NCBI GenBank assembly: GCA_963665235.2
Contig: CAXXLX010000001.1
Span: forward strand, 224,001-288,000
DNA from: Candidatus Poribacteria bacterium
GTDB lineage: Bacteria; Poribacteria; WGA-4E; WGA-3G
Reading direction: 5' to 3'
DNA length: 64,000 nt
The notes beneath the pieces were generated by a model, which saw only the letters and a program-made list of their open reading frames with translations, did not search any database and had not been told where the DNA came from. Below are positions 9,049-17,763 of the stretch, one piece after another (within the stretch, counting starts at the first letter, position 1; every line of letters starts with the position of its first letter). The translations under genes were made by a program, and so were the position numbers.

Positions 9049-9864
9049 TTACTGGCTCTGTTTTACGGCTTGTGTAAGGTCGTCAATGAAATGCTCAAAG
9101 AGTTTGACTTTGCTAAGTTTAATATCCCACGTTGTTAGGATATAAGCATCATCCAGGTCTACCACTGGAATGACTCGTTGTTGCACGGTAAGAGGTGATT
9201 TTGTCAAGTCTTCGTCTGTGTCAAATACTATCAGATAAACTTTGATGTGTTTTGTTATTTTTCTTTCTAGAAGTTTAAGTTTCCAATAACCTGTCTGGGC
9301 AACCCCTTCTCTCAAAGAGGTTTCATAAGAGACCGCAGCAAGGACTCGGGAATCTTTAGGATTGTAAATAATTATATCAGCATCTGGTAAGTGCATGCCA
9401 TATTCACCAAAATCAATAACCCCGTTTCGCTTTACGGCCTTTAATTCAGGGGTCAGTCCAACAATTAGGTCCCTGGTCTCGACCACCTTTAATCTGAGGG
9501 AGGCCATTTGTGTAGTAATTAAATTCAAAACTCTTTCTCGAAAAGTGTTTCCCTCGGAAGTACACCAGTTCTTCCCTAGTTCTCCTATCAAAAAAGTATC
9601 AAAACTTTCGCAGACTATAGCATCTGGAAGACCACCAGATAAAACGGATTTTCCATAGTGCTGAATGAGATTATCCGTGATAGCACTCCTGTTATTCACA
9701 TTTCTGAAATCAACGACATTTCTTTCAATCAGTATATCTACCAGTGTGTCGTTATAACCCATTTCATGGAGGACCTCCGTAAGGGTGTTTTTCATTCTGT
9801 CGAGGTTAATTCGCAAACCCCGCGCTGTCGGTACTGCTTTAATAAATTCGGTATTATTCTCCAC
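9049..9864 (-). CDS. BsaWI-like type II restriction endonuclease with altered catalytic motif
   Basis: GNTFRE, LPDADIIIY and SYETSLREGVAQTGYWKLKL. The family motif is normally S-x-K-x-[ST]-L-R-E-R. Confidence 0.75.
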   Translation of the reverse strand: MENNTEFIKAVPTARGLRINLDRMKNTLTEVLHEMGYNDTLVDILIERNVVDFRNVNNRSAITDNLIQHYGKSVLSGGLPDAIVCESFDTFLIGELGKNWCTSEGNTFRERVLNLITTQMASLRLKVVETRDLIVGLTPELKAVKRNGVIDFGEYGMHLPDADIIIYNPKDSRVLAAVSYETSLREGVAQTGYWKLKLLERKITKHIKVYLIVFDTDEDLTKSPLTVQQRVIPVVDLDDAYILTTWDIKLSKVKLFEHFIDDLTQAVKQSQ

Positions 9865-9910
9865 TGTTTAAGTTCCTCCATTATGTTATATAATTTGTAG
9901 CGATTAATAC

Positions 9911-9941
9911 AGTTTACCATAGTGATTTGAAAAATGTCAAG
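9911..9941 (-). promoter_or_regulatory. Sigma70-type promoter of the BsaWI-like gene
   Basis: Minus strand reads TTGACA-18 nt-TAAACT with a TG extension. Confidence 0.5.
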
Positions 9942-9952
9942 TAAAAAATTTG

Positions 9953-10212
9953 GGTGTGTAAAGTTTTTGTACTATGATAGAGGGAAGGATGGAAGGATGG
10001 AAGAGTGGAAGGATGGAAGGATGGAAGGATGGAAGGTGGAAGAGTGGATTTCGCGTGTGTTGTCTGAATGCACGTCGCATTTGGGCGAGTACGCCGCAAA
10101 TCGCGGAAGGCGCGGAGAACGCGGAGAACGCGGAAAAAGAGGGTTTTTGATAACATCCCCACATTTTGTGAAAACATCAAAACATCACGTGTGCAGCAGG
10201 CTCCTACAGAAA
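9953..10212. repeat. Composite intergenic repeat (octamer run, cgcggagaa triplication, ctcctac hairpin)
   Basis: Shares gtgttgtctgaat...cggaaaaagagggtttttgataaca...ctcctacagaa with 23383-23506. Confidence 0.7.
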
Positions 10213-10235
10213 AGAAATTCATCGCATGCTACGGC

Positions 10236-10817
10236 TTAAGCCAATAATTTGATGATGAGATGCATCACGGCACCAGAGATGAGCGGGACTGTCAGGTTGT
10301 CGTCAATCCGAAGAGGGAGGAGCTCAACGACGGTGGCGACTAACGCCCCGGTAATGCTGATAATTGGGTCGAACTCGCGGAAGGCAATTGCGGTTGCGGC
10401 GCAGACGATAAAACAGGCTGCGCTTCCCTCCAGACTTTTGTTGCCGATAAGTTTGGTACGTCCCCACATTTTGCCGATTAAGGCGGCAGCCATGTCGCCT
10501 AACACCATGAAAAAGAGACAGACGACGGCGAGCGTTTTATCAAAAAAGAGGATGGATAACAGTGTGCTGATAAGATAGTAGGTTGCTCCGGTAATCGCGC
10601 CTTTCCGTTCATGTTGCCGCAGGAACGGGGTGAACAACCGAGAAAAGAATGTCCTGAAACGCACAGATAACTCTTTTGCTAACTCAATGACGAGGGCAAT
10701 GCCTGTGAGAATGCCGACGATAAGCAGCATGGTAGGTCTATCGGTAAACAGATAATAAACGAGCGGTAGGATTAACCCTGAGAAATGAATGCTTTTCCGC
10801 CGTAATTCCTCAATCAT
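10236..10817 (-). CDS. SEC59/DGK1/VTE5 family (dolichol/phytol kinase-like, CTP-transferase 1) membrane protein
   Basis: ELRRKSIH, GDMAAALIG, KSLEGS and DDNLTVP motifs; hydrophobic. Confidence 0.88.
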   Translation of the reverse strand: MIEELRRKSIHFSGLILPLVYYLFTDRPTMLLIVGILTGIALVIELAKELSVRFRTFFSRLFTPFLRQHERKGAITGATYYLISTLLSILFFDKTLAVVCLFFMVLGDMAAALIGKMWGRTKLIGNKSLEGSAACFIVCAATAIAFREFDPIISITGALVATVVELLPLRIDDNLTVPLISGAVMHLIIKLLA

Positions 10818-11110
10818 GAATTATCTCCCTTTTTGCATGCTGCGTGTTTATTTTGTTGTGAGGTGTAGTGGGTGCGATTTTTAACTGTGTTCTCTTAATT
10901 ATTGCAGATTTTCGGTGTTAAATGCAAGAAAAAAATCATTTTTGTTTTTTTGCCAAAAAAATTACACATTTTTGTTTCATTCCGGAATTATAATTTTGGA
11001 CACCATTGGAATTGTTTTGAGAATAAATAGGTTATTTCATACTAAAAGTTTTGGCTAATACCAAATTTATTTGGTTCATCGTCTTCACATACCGCCATAG
11101 GTTCCAATAT

Positions 11111-11320
11111 GCTATAAAGATATCGTCCTTGAGGAGCGGGAAACCGTTTGCCCGAATACTGGGACTAGCTTGTGGGGGCGTTGGGGGCTGCTATAAAGAT
11201 ATCGTCCTTGAGGAGCGGGAAACTGTTTGCCCGAATACTGGGACTAGCTTGTGGGGGCGTTGGGGGCTGCTATAAAGATATCGTCCTTAAGAGCAGGCTG
11301 CTTGCCTGAATACTGGGACT
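11111..11320. repeat. 79-bp tandem repeat (about 2.7 units) of REP hairpin plus 32-nt insert, bracketed by a 41-bp direct repeat
   Basis: Units start at 11111, 11190 and 11269. The 41-mer at 11055-11095 recurs at 11319-11359. Confidence 0.9.
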
Positions 11321-11414
11321 AATACCAAATTTATTTGGTTCATCGTCTTCACATACCGCTCCGCTGGAGCGGCAGAGTGGAACAAGACGAATTGTGTTAA
11401 TTTGGTATAACTTA

Positions 11415-11566
11415 ACGCGAGTTTGAAAAAAAGTTTTGACCTAGAGCGTTCTCTGGTAGTTTTAGCAAAAAACGGCACAAACTAGGAAGTTTATGCTACA
11501 ATTATTCCGCTTTTTTCGTGATGAAAAAGGTTTAGAGCAAACGGATATTTATTATCAAGCTCACGT
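11415..11566. mobile_element. MITE type A (TIR acgYgagYttga), 7-bp TSD TAACTTA
   Basis: Ends acgcgagtttga and tcaagctcacgt. TAACTTA at 11408-11414 and 11567-11573. It contains a gcacaaac-taggaa-gtttatgctac hairpin. Confidence 0.8.
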
Positions 11567-11620
11567 TAACTTAATAACAAATTCGCCTGTAGCAACGGCT
11601 GCAGGCGGAGTGGAGTTTTC

Positions 11621-14485
11621 ATGATTCAAAATTTTTGTATCGGTGTGCTGGTTTTAGTCCTCGGTATAGGGCTGGTTTTCGGGGGCGAGGCTGCCGACCT
11701 AGAAGCACAACAGACCGTAAAAATCACAGGTGTTGTCGTAGACAGTGATACAGATTCACCGCTAACAGATGTGACGATAAGTGTGCTGGACACACAGATT
11801 AAAGCCACGACGGATGAAACGGGGGCATTTTCTTTGGAATTGCCGGTGGGCATCTATACCCTTCGGGTGAACGCGCCGTTTTACAATGCTTATCTGCTTT
11901 CCGATTTTGAAGTCGGTGCCGGTGCGACACCGGAACCGTTACGCGTGTCGCTTGAGGCACAAGTTGTCAAGTTAGATGCCATTAAGATGAAAGTTCGGTT
12001 GAGCCAATCCGGTGAACGCGGTCTCCTTGAAAAACGGATGCGGGGCTCTCGAATTGAGGATAGCATTAGCACAGAAGAGATTGGACGGTTGCCCGACTCT
12101 TCGGCAGCGCAGGCAATTAAACGGATAACAGGGGTGAGTATTGTAGGCGGTAAATATGTGTTCGTTCGGGGTTTAGGGGAACGTTATAGCAATACACTGC
12201 TCAATAACGTTGAGATTCCGAGTCCGGAGCCGAATCGTCGGGTGGTTCCGATGGATATCTTTCCTGCTGGCTTGCTTGCAAGCCTCCAAACGGTGAAGAC
12301 CTTTTCACCCGATCAACCGGGTGGCTTCGCCGGTGGTTCGGTTCAGGTATTCACAAAAGATTTTCCGGAAACGTTGATGATGTCCATTTCTCTATCCACC
12401 GGTTTTAACACACAGGCGACAGGTACGGATGGTTTAACATACCCCGGCGGTGATTTAGATTTTTTAGGATTTGACGACGGTTCACGTAATCTTCCAGAAA
12501 TTATTGAAGAAAGTGCTGCGGATATACCTGTGCGGGAACGTGGTCGTTTTACTGCTGCCAATGCCGGGTTTACCGGTGAAGAGATTCAGACGTTTGGTCG
12601 CGCTTTCTCTAACGTTTGGTCTCCTGAACGGCAGGCAGTTCCTGCGAATCAGGGGTATAAATTCAGTATCGGGAACAGCAGTACACTCTTCGGCAAGCAA
12701 TTCGGTTATCTCGGGGTTATCTCCTACGGGAACAGCCATAGCTATAACACACAGGTACGCCGCGATTTCCGTATCGGCTTAAACGACACGCTTTCGCCTG
12801 TGACCGATTATACTGTTGAACAGAGTGGTCATGAGGTAGACTGGGGGAGTGTCGTGAATGCAAGTCTACGGTTTTCGCCTGAGCATCTCCTGAGTATACG
12901 GACCCTTACGACACATACCGCAGAAGATCAGACTCGGACCTGGCAAGGTTTTAATGCGGATAGAAATACGGATATGCGCAGTGCGCGTCTGCAATTTGTT
13001 GAACGTCAACTTTTCTCTGGACAGGTGGCAGGGACACACGGTTTCAATTTCGGAGAACCGGAACTTCTAAACGGGACTGCGGCGGAAAATCCTGAGACCG
13101 CGGAAGAAGTTGCTGCGCCGCCGGACCTTTCGCTGGAATGGCGTGCCACCTATTCTCGTGCGTCACAGGACGAACCGGATACGCGGGAGACTATTTACGA
13201 AGATAGAGGTGATGGCACATACACCTTCCGAGATAGCACAAAGAGTGGAAGTCGATTCTTTTTTGATTTGGAAGACGATGAGTATAATGCGCGCGTTGAC
13301 TTGAAAGTCCCGTTCCGCCGGGAGGGTTTTTTCAAATTCGGTGGGCTTCTGCGAGATAGAGCACGTTCGTTTGATGTTCGGAAATTCCGGTTTTTACCGT
13401 CAGACAACGTAGATGGCACCGTCGAGCTGTCGTCACCGCCGGAGCTGCTTTTTCAAGCGGAGAATATTGCCCCGCGTATCTTCGAACTTCGCGAAGCGAC
13501 ACGCCGCTCCGATAACTACATCGCCGCTCAGAATGTTTACTCCGGTTATCTGATGCTTGATATTCCGCTGAGTAGCAAATGGCAGTTGATGACAGGGTTG
13601 CGGTTGGAATCATCGAATCAGGTGCTGACAGCGTTCGATCCGTTCTCTTCTTCATCAGAGGAGGCGGACTTGAAAACGTTGGATGTGCTGCCTGGGATCA
13701 ATCTGATGTATCGACTAACGGAACGGATGAATTTGCGGCTTGCTGTCTCACGGACTGTCACACGTCCCGATTTTCGAGAGCTTGCTCCGTTTGAGTTTAC
13801 CGATTTTGTGGGTGGGAGAACGATACTCGGAAATACGGAGCTGGAGCGGACGTTGATTGATAATTACGATTTCCGTTGGGAAGTTTTTCCAGAGACGAGC
13901 GGGGGGGGTGTTATCGCAGTCAGTGCTTTTTATAAGCGGTTTCAAAAACCGATTGAACAGATTATACAACCGCAGGCTGAGGTTCGGATTACTTACGAAA
14001 ACGCGGATGGCGCGAACAATTACGGTGTGGAACTTGAGGCACGTCAGAATTTAAGCGTTCTGTCTCCAAAATTACGTGCTTTTTCAATTAACACAAACGC
14101 GGCATTTATTACCTCAAGAGTCGTGCTTCCCGATGTGGGCATTCAGACCTCCGCCGAGCGGCCCTTACAAGGTCAATGTCCATATATTATCAATTTCTCG
14201 GTGGGATATGAATCCACCAACTGGGGCATCTCAAGTTCGGTTGCATATAATATTTATGGGCGTAGACTTTCGGATGTCGGCAACCACGGTGCGCCAGATG
14301 TTTATGAACAACCGCGCGGACAACTGGACTTAAGCTTTAGCCGGACAGTGGCGGATGCGTACAAGCTTAGCTTCTCAGCTAAAAATTTGCTTGACCCGGC
14401 GGTTCAGTTCAAACAGGGACAGGCAACTTTAGTGAGTTACAAAAGCGGACGGTCTTTCTCGTTTGGGATAAGCTATAACCTATAG
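11621..14485 (+). CDS. TonB-dependent receptor with N-terminal carboxypeptidase-regulatory-like domain
   Basis: Signal peptide; ITGVVVD...ATTDETGAFSL; plug VFVRGLGERYS; RPDFRELAP; C-terminal SFSFGISYNL. Confidence 0.93.
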   Translation: MIQNFCIGVLVLVLGIGLVFGGEAADLEAQQTVKITGVVVDSDTDSPLTDVTISVLDTQIKATTDETGAFSLELPVGIYTLRVNAPFYNAYLLSDFEVGAGATPEPLRVSLEAQVVKLDAIKMKVRLSQSGERGLLEKRMRGSRIEDSISTEEIGRLPDSSAAQAIKRITGVSIVGGKYVFVRGLGERYSNTLLNNVEIPSPEPNRRVVPMDIFPAGLLASLQTVKTFSPDQPGGFAGGSVQVFTKDFPETLMMSISLSTGFNTQATGTDGLTYPGGDLDFLGFDDGSRNLPEIIEESAADIPVRERGRFTAANAGFTGEEIQTFGRAFSNVWSPERQAVPANQGYKFSIGNSSTLFGKQFGYLGVISYGNSHSYNTQVRRDFRIGLNDTLSPVTDYTVEQSGHEVDWGSVVNASLRFSPEHLLSIRTLTTHTAEDQTRTWQGFNADRNTDMRSARLQFVERQLFSGQVAGTHGFNFGEPELLNGTAAENPETAEEVAAPPDLSLEWRATYSRASQDEPDTRETIYEDRGDGTYTFRDSTKSGSRFFFDLEDDEYNARVDLKVPFRREGFFKFGGLLRDRARSFDVRKFRFLPSDNVDGTVELSSPPELLFQAENIAPRIFELREATRRSDNYIAAQNVYSGYLMLDIPLSSKWQLMTGLRLESSNQVLTAFDPFSSSSEEADLKTLDVLPGINLMYRLTERMNLRLAVSRTVTRPDFRELAPFEFTDFVGGRTILGNTELERTLIDNYDFRWEVFPETSGGGVIAVSAFYKRFQKPIEQIIQPQAEVRITYENADGANNYGVELEARQNLSVLSPKLRAFSINTNAAFITSRVVLPDVGIQTSAERPLQGQCPYIINFSVGYESTNWGISSSVAYNIYGRRLSDVGNHGAPDVYEQPRGQLDLSFSRTVADAYKLSFSAKNLLDPAVQFKQGQATLVSYKSGRSFSFGISYNL

Positions 14486-14668
14486 AAGCAATTTTGCAAT
14501 AAAAAGTAATAATATCGTTAGGATTTTGCAACATTTCTTGGGTAATCTTAAAGGGAGTAGACATACCAAGTATGTCGTTATCAATGGATTGTGATTGAAA
14601 AGGTAATACCCTATCCGTTAAGACCGGGTGGGAACTTAAAAAAACAGAAAAGGAGCTTAGTAAAGCAA

Positions 14669-16021
14669 ATGTCAAATATTGTGTCGACCTTAGGCGTGTC
14701 CTGGACACAAGGCAAATTTCGGTTGTTTCAGTTAATAGTTATTTTCACAGTGGGATTCGGTCTGGTTTTTGTCGGATGTGGTGAAGATGAAAACACCGAC
14801 GAACCGGCAGCGATAGTAGGGGAAACTATCACCGTCGATGGTCGCACAGTGGTGGCTTTAGAAGGCGATATCACTGAAGATAGGACACTCTCATCAGACT
14901 ACGACTATCTATTGAGTGGCCCGGTATTTGTAAAAGATGGGGCAACCCTTACCATTCAGCCCGGTGTCACCATCTATGGCGAACAGGTAGATAACGGGAC
15001 CCTCATTATTGACCAGGGTGCTAAGATTATAGCAGAGGGGACTGCTGATGCGCCTATTGTTATGACAAGTGATGCGGAAATAGGCTCGCGTGCCCGTGGA
15101 CAGTGGGGCGGTTTGATTATCAACGGGAGAGCCCCCACAAACCAAGGTATTACGTTCGGTGAAGGCGAAACAGGCGCGTTCGGTGGAAATGATCCTGCCG
15201 ATAGCAGCGGGGTGCTCCGCTACGTCCGTATCGAATACGCTGGCATAGAATTTAGTGAAGACAACGAATTGAACGGTATCGCTTTTCAAGGTGTCGGTTC
15301 CGGCACTGTCGTTGAACATGTCCAAGTTCACATGAATCAGGATGACGGTATTGAAATGTTTGGGGGCACTGTGAACATCAAATACGCCTTGGTTACCGGG
15401 GCGCGCGACGATTCGTTCGACTGGACCGATGGCTGGACAGGTAAGGGGCAATTCTGGGTCGCGCAGCAGTACGGGGACGATGCAGATAACGGCTTTGAAA
15501 ATGATAACAGCAGTAAAGATAACGAGGCAACTCCCCGTTCCGCCCCGACTATTTTCAACGTAACGCTTGTCGGTGACCCAGCGGGGCCCGAAAGTGATAA
15601 CGGTATGCTTATCCGTGAAGGTGCCGCTGGTACGTATGCTAACTTCATCGTGACGGGCTTTAACAAGGTTGGGCTGGATGTCAACAATGCGTCTTCGCAC
15701 CAGCAGGCAAAAGATGGGAAATTGGTTGTGAAAAATAGCGTCTTCTTTGAAAACGGTAAAGGGAATTTCGGGGATGAAGGAGATGATGACGGTTTCGATG
15801 AAGCAGGCTGGGCAAAAGGACTTGACAATTATGAAACAGACCCGCAGCTGAGAGCCCCGTTTAGTAAGGACGCACCAGACTTCACGCCCGGTTACGCTAC
15901 GGTTTCAGTGACACCTGCCACCCCGCCTTCAGATGGCTTCTTTGACGCTGTTGATTTCGTCGGTGGCGTGAGCCCCACCAATAACTGGCTATTAGGTTGG
16001 ACAACGAGTGCACGGAAATAG
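14669..16021 (+). CDS. Acidic beta-helix lipoprotein (TBDR partner)
   Basis: Lipobox FVGC; LTIQPG, GTADAPIVMTS, GQWGG, SSGVLRYVRIEYAG, DDGIEMFGG and DDSFDW repeats; W-x-x-G-W-T C-terminus. Start moved to ATG 14669 after aggag. Confidence 0.85.
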   Translation: MSNIVSTLGVSWTQGKFRLFQLIVIFTVGFGLVFVGCGEDENTDEPAAIVGETITVDGRTVVALEGDITEDRTLSSDYDYLLSGPVFVKDGATLTIQPGVTIYGEQVDNGTLIIDQGAKIIAEGTADAPIVMTSDAEIGSRARGQWGGLIINGRAPTNQGITFGEGETGAFGGNDPADSSGVLRYVRIEYAGIEFSEDNELNGIAFQGVGSGTVVEHVQVHMNQDDGIEMFGGTVNIKYALVTGARDDSFDWTDGWTGKGQFWVAQQYGDDADNGFENDNSSKDNEATPRSAPTIFNVTLVGDPAGPESDNGMLIREGAAGTYANFIVTGFNKVGLDVNNASSHQQAKDGKLVVKNSVFFENGKGNFGDEGDDDGFDEAGWAKGLDNYETDPQLRAPFSKDAPDFTPGYATVSVTPATPPSDGFFDAVDFVGGVSPTNNWLLGWTTSARK

Positions 16022-16523
16022 TAACAGGACAGGATATACCATCTACCTCTCTTATATTGCAGCGGCAGTCCTGCTGTTTAGCTGCAGCTTGATAGGGTGT
16101 GAACGTCGAACCTGGGAAAATAGTCTCGACTCGCCAGACCAACTTGGTCTGGCAGTCATTGACGCGCTGAATCGGAAAGATATTGTCAGGTTAAATGCGT
16201 TGCGGGTGCAACGGCAGGTTTACCTCTCTTGGATTTATCCAGCGTTTCCAAAGAGCGGTTTTCCGCCCGAATTCGCTTGGGCAAATCTGAATAAGAGATG
16301 TAATATCGGCATGCGAAGATGGATAGAACGATACGGTGGCCTTGACCTCAAGTTTGTGAATATCCGCTTTGATGAACCGACAAAAATTTATGAGGGGTTC
16401 CAGCTGCTGCGTGGGACCGTTTTGACGTTACAGAATACCGCCGGGCAAAAACAGGTGCTGAAGATTCTCGGCTCTGTAGTTGTGAAGAATAATCGTTGTA
16501 AACTTCTCAGCTACGATGACTAG
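16008..16523 (+). CDS. Hypothetical lipoprotein
   Basis: Hydrophobic N-terminus with LIGC lipobox. It overlaps the upstream gene end. Confidence 0.7.
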   Translation: MHGNSNRTGYTIYLSYIAAAVLLFSCSLIGCERRTWENSLDSPDQLGLAVIDALNRKDIVRLNALRVQRQVYLSWIYPAFPKSGFPPEFAWANLNKRCNIGMRRWIERYGGLDLKFVNIRFDEPTKIYEGFQLLRGTVLTLQNTAGQKQVLKILGSVVVKNNRCKLLSYDD

Positions 16524-16568
16524 TGGCCTGTTCAACCCGACTTACAAATATTTGGGAGGAGTAATACT

Positions 16569-17579
16569 ATGAGTCACGCGCTCTTTAATTATACAGCCGG
16601 TAGACAGAAACGAAAACAGCGCAAGAAAAAGATGGCGCAGACAGGGAGTTCGGGTAGGCCGGCACCGAACGTTGCAAAGAAAATGACCTCGCCAGAAACC
16701 GCTCAAGTCTCCATGACTTATGTTGATGCGCAGCGGCAGAATCGTGAGGCTTCCAAGAAGTTGAAAAATAGTGCGAAAAGATTTGCGGTCGGGCTGGCAA
16801 TCGGGCTGCACGCCGTCGCTATTATTATCGGCGGTATCTATTTTGTGCGGAAGACAGTTTTGCAGAAGAATGAGGCCGCGCTTCAGAGCGTGCTTGTGGA
16901 TAAAACGAAGCTGAAACCGAAGCGGCGGACACCGCCTCGCGCAAAGCGGCCGCCGCCAAAGCCGAAGATTGTTCAGGTTCGCACGCCTAAAGCTCAACCG
17001 ATAACGACAAGCGCAAGAATTCCGATGGGTAAAGACCGGTTTACTTTGCCTGCCACGGATCTTCCGACCGGCAGGCTCGGCACCTCAAATCTAGAACGCG
17101 CAAGAGGGATGTTCACCCAGGCCCGTCAGGTGAAAATCGTCACAACAGTCCCGAAGTTTGAAGCCCCGAAGTTTGAAACTACTGTGTCAATGACAAAGCT
17201 GGATATGGGGACAAATTTAACGGCTGTGGAATTTGATATGCCGGATGACATAGATATGGTTTCGGCAAATTTAGGGGAGGCGAAGCAGTCGTTCTCGGAA
17301 TTTTTGAAGAAGGTGCGTGAACGGATTAAGCAGGTTCAGCGGTTTCCACCGAGCGTTCGGAATTTAGAACCGGGGGCTGCGACAACGGTTCGCTTTACGC
17401 TTTTCAAAGATGGCACAGTTGAACACCCGAAGGTGACCGTTTCGTCTGGCTCGCGTGTGTTGGACGATGCTGCGCTGGCAGCTGTCCAAAATGCGGTGCC
17501 GTACCCGTCGTTTCCTGAAGGACAGTCCGGGAATAGATTACGGCTTGAGCTGCCGGTTGTTTTTGAGTTGGCGAATTAG
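16569..17579 (+). CDS. Energy transducer TonB
   Basis: TM helix with the AIGLH motif, Pro/Lys-rich linker, and a TonB_C domain (FPP...VRFTLFKDG...SSGSRVLDDAALAAV...PYPSFP). Confidence 0.88.
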   Translation: MSHALFNYTAGRQKRKQRKKKMAQTGSSGRPAPNVAKKMTSPETAQVSMTYVDAQRQNREASKKLKNSAKRFAVGLAIGLHAVAIIIGGIYFVRKTVLQKNEAALQSVLVDKTKLKPKRRTPPRAKRPPPKPKIVQVRTPKAQPITTSARIPMGKDRFTLPATDLPTGRLGTSNLERARGMFTQARQVKIVTTVPKFEAPKFETTVSMTKLDMGTNLTAVEFDMPDDIDMVSANLGEAKQSFSEFLKKVRERIKQVQRFPPSVRNLEPGAATTVRFTLFKDGTVEHPKVTVSSGSRVLDDAALAAVQNAVPYPSFPEGQSGNRLRLELPVVFELAN

Positions 17580-17763
17580 AAGTTATACCATTTTTATTAA
17601 TTATTCTGACATTTCTCAGAGCTATCAAGAAAGTAGTCATCATATAGAGTCCGCAGGTATAGCCAACTGAAAATGCGATATTTTTGAAAAAGTTTCTATG
17701 TTTTTATTGCATGAGATGGTATCCTAATATCTTAGAAAATAACTCTGAATAGGAGAACATCTC

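Noticed and set aside
9914-10239. ORFs 9914-10222, 9934-10239 and 9937-10164 (also 3348-3530)
   Set aside because: They are translations of octamer simple repeats and composite intergenic repeats.
11111-11320. CRISPR mini-array
   Set aside because: Whole 79-bp units are duplicated and there is no spacer diversity.
11560-11582. Pho-box-like direct repeat upstream of the TBDR
   Set aside because: The ttaacttaa sequence is explained by the MITE end and its target-site duplication, and no clear 11-bp periodic repeat is present.
14909-15828. Long antisense ORFs (263 aa and 163 aa) and the many other shadow ORFs in the track
   Set aside because: They lie fully inside well-supported genes on another strand or frame and have no recognisable motifs.
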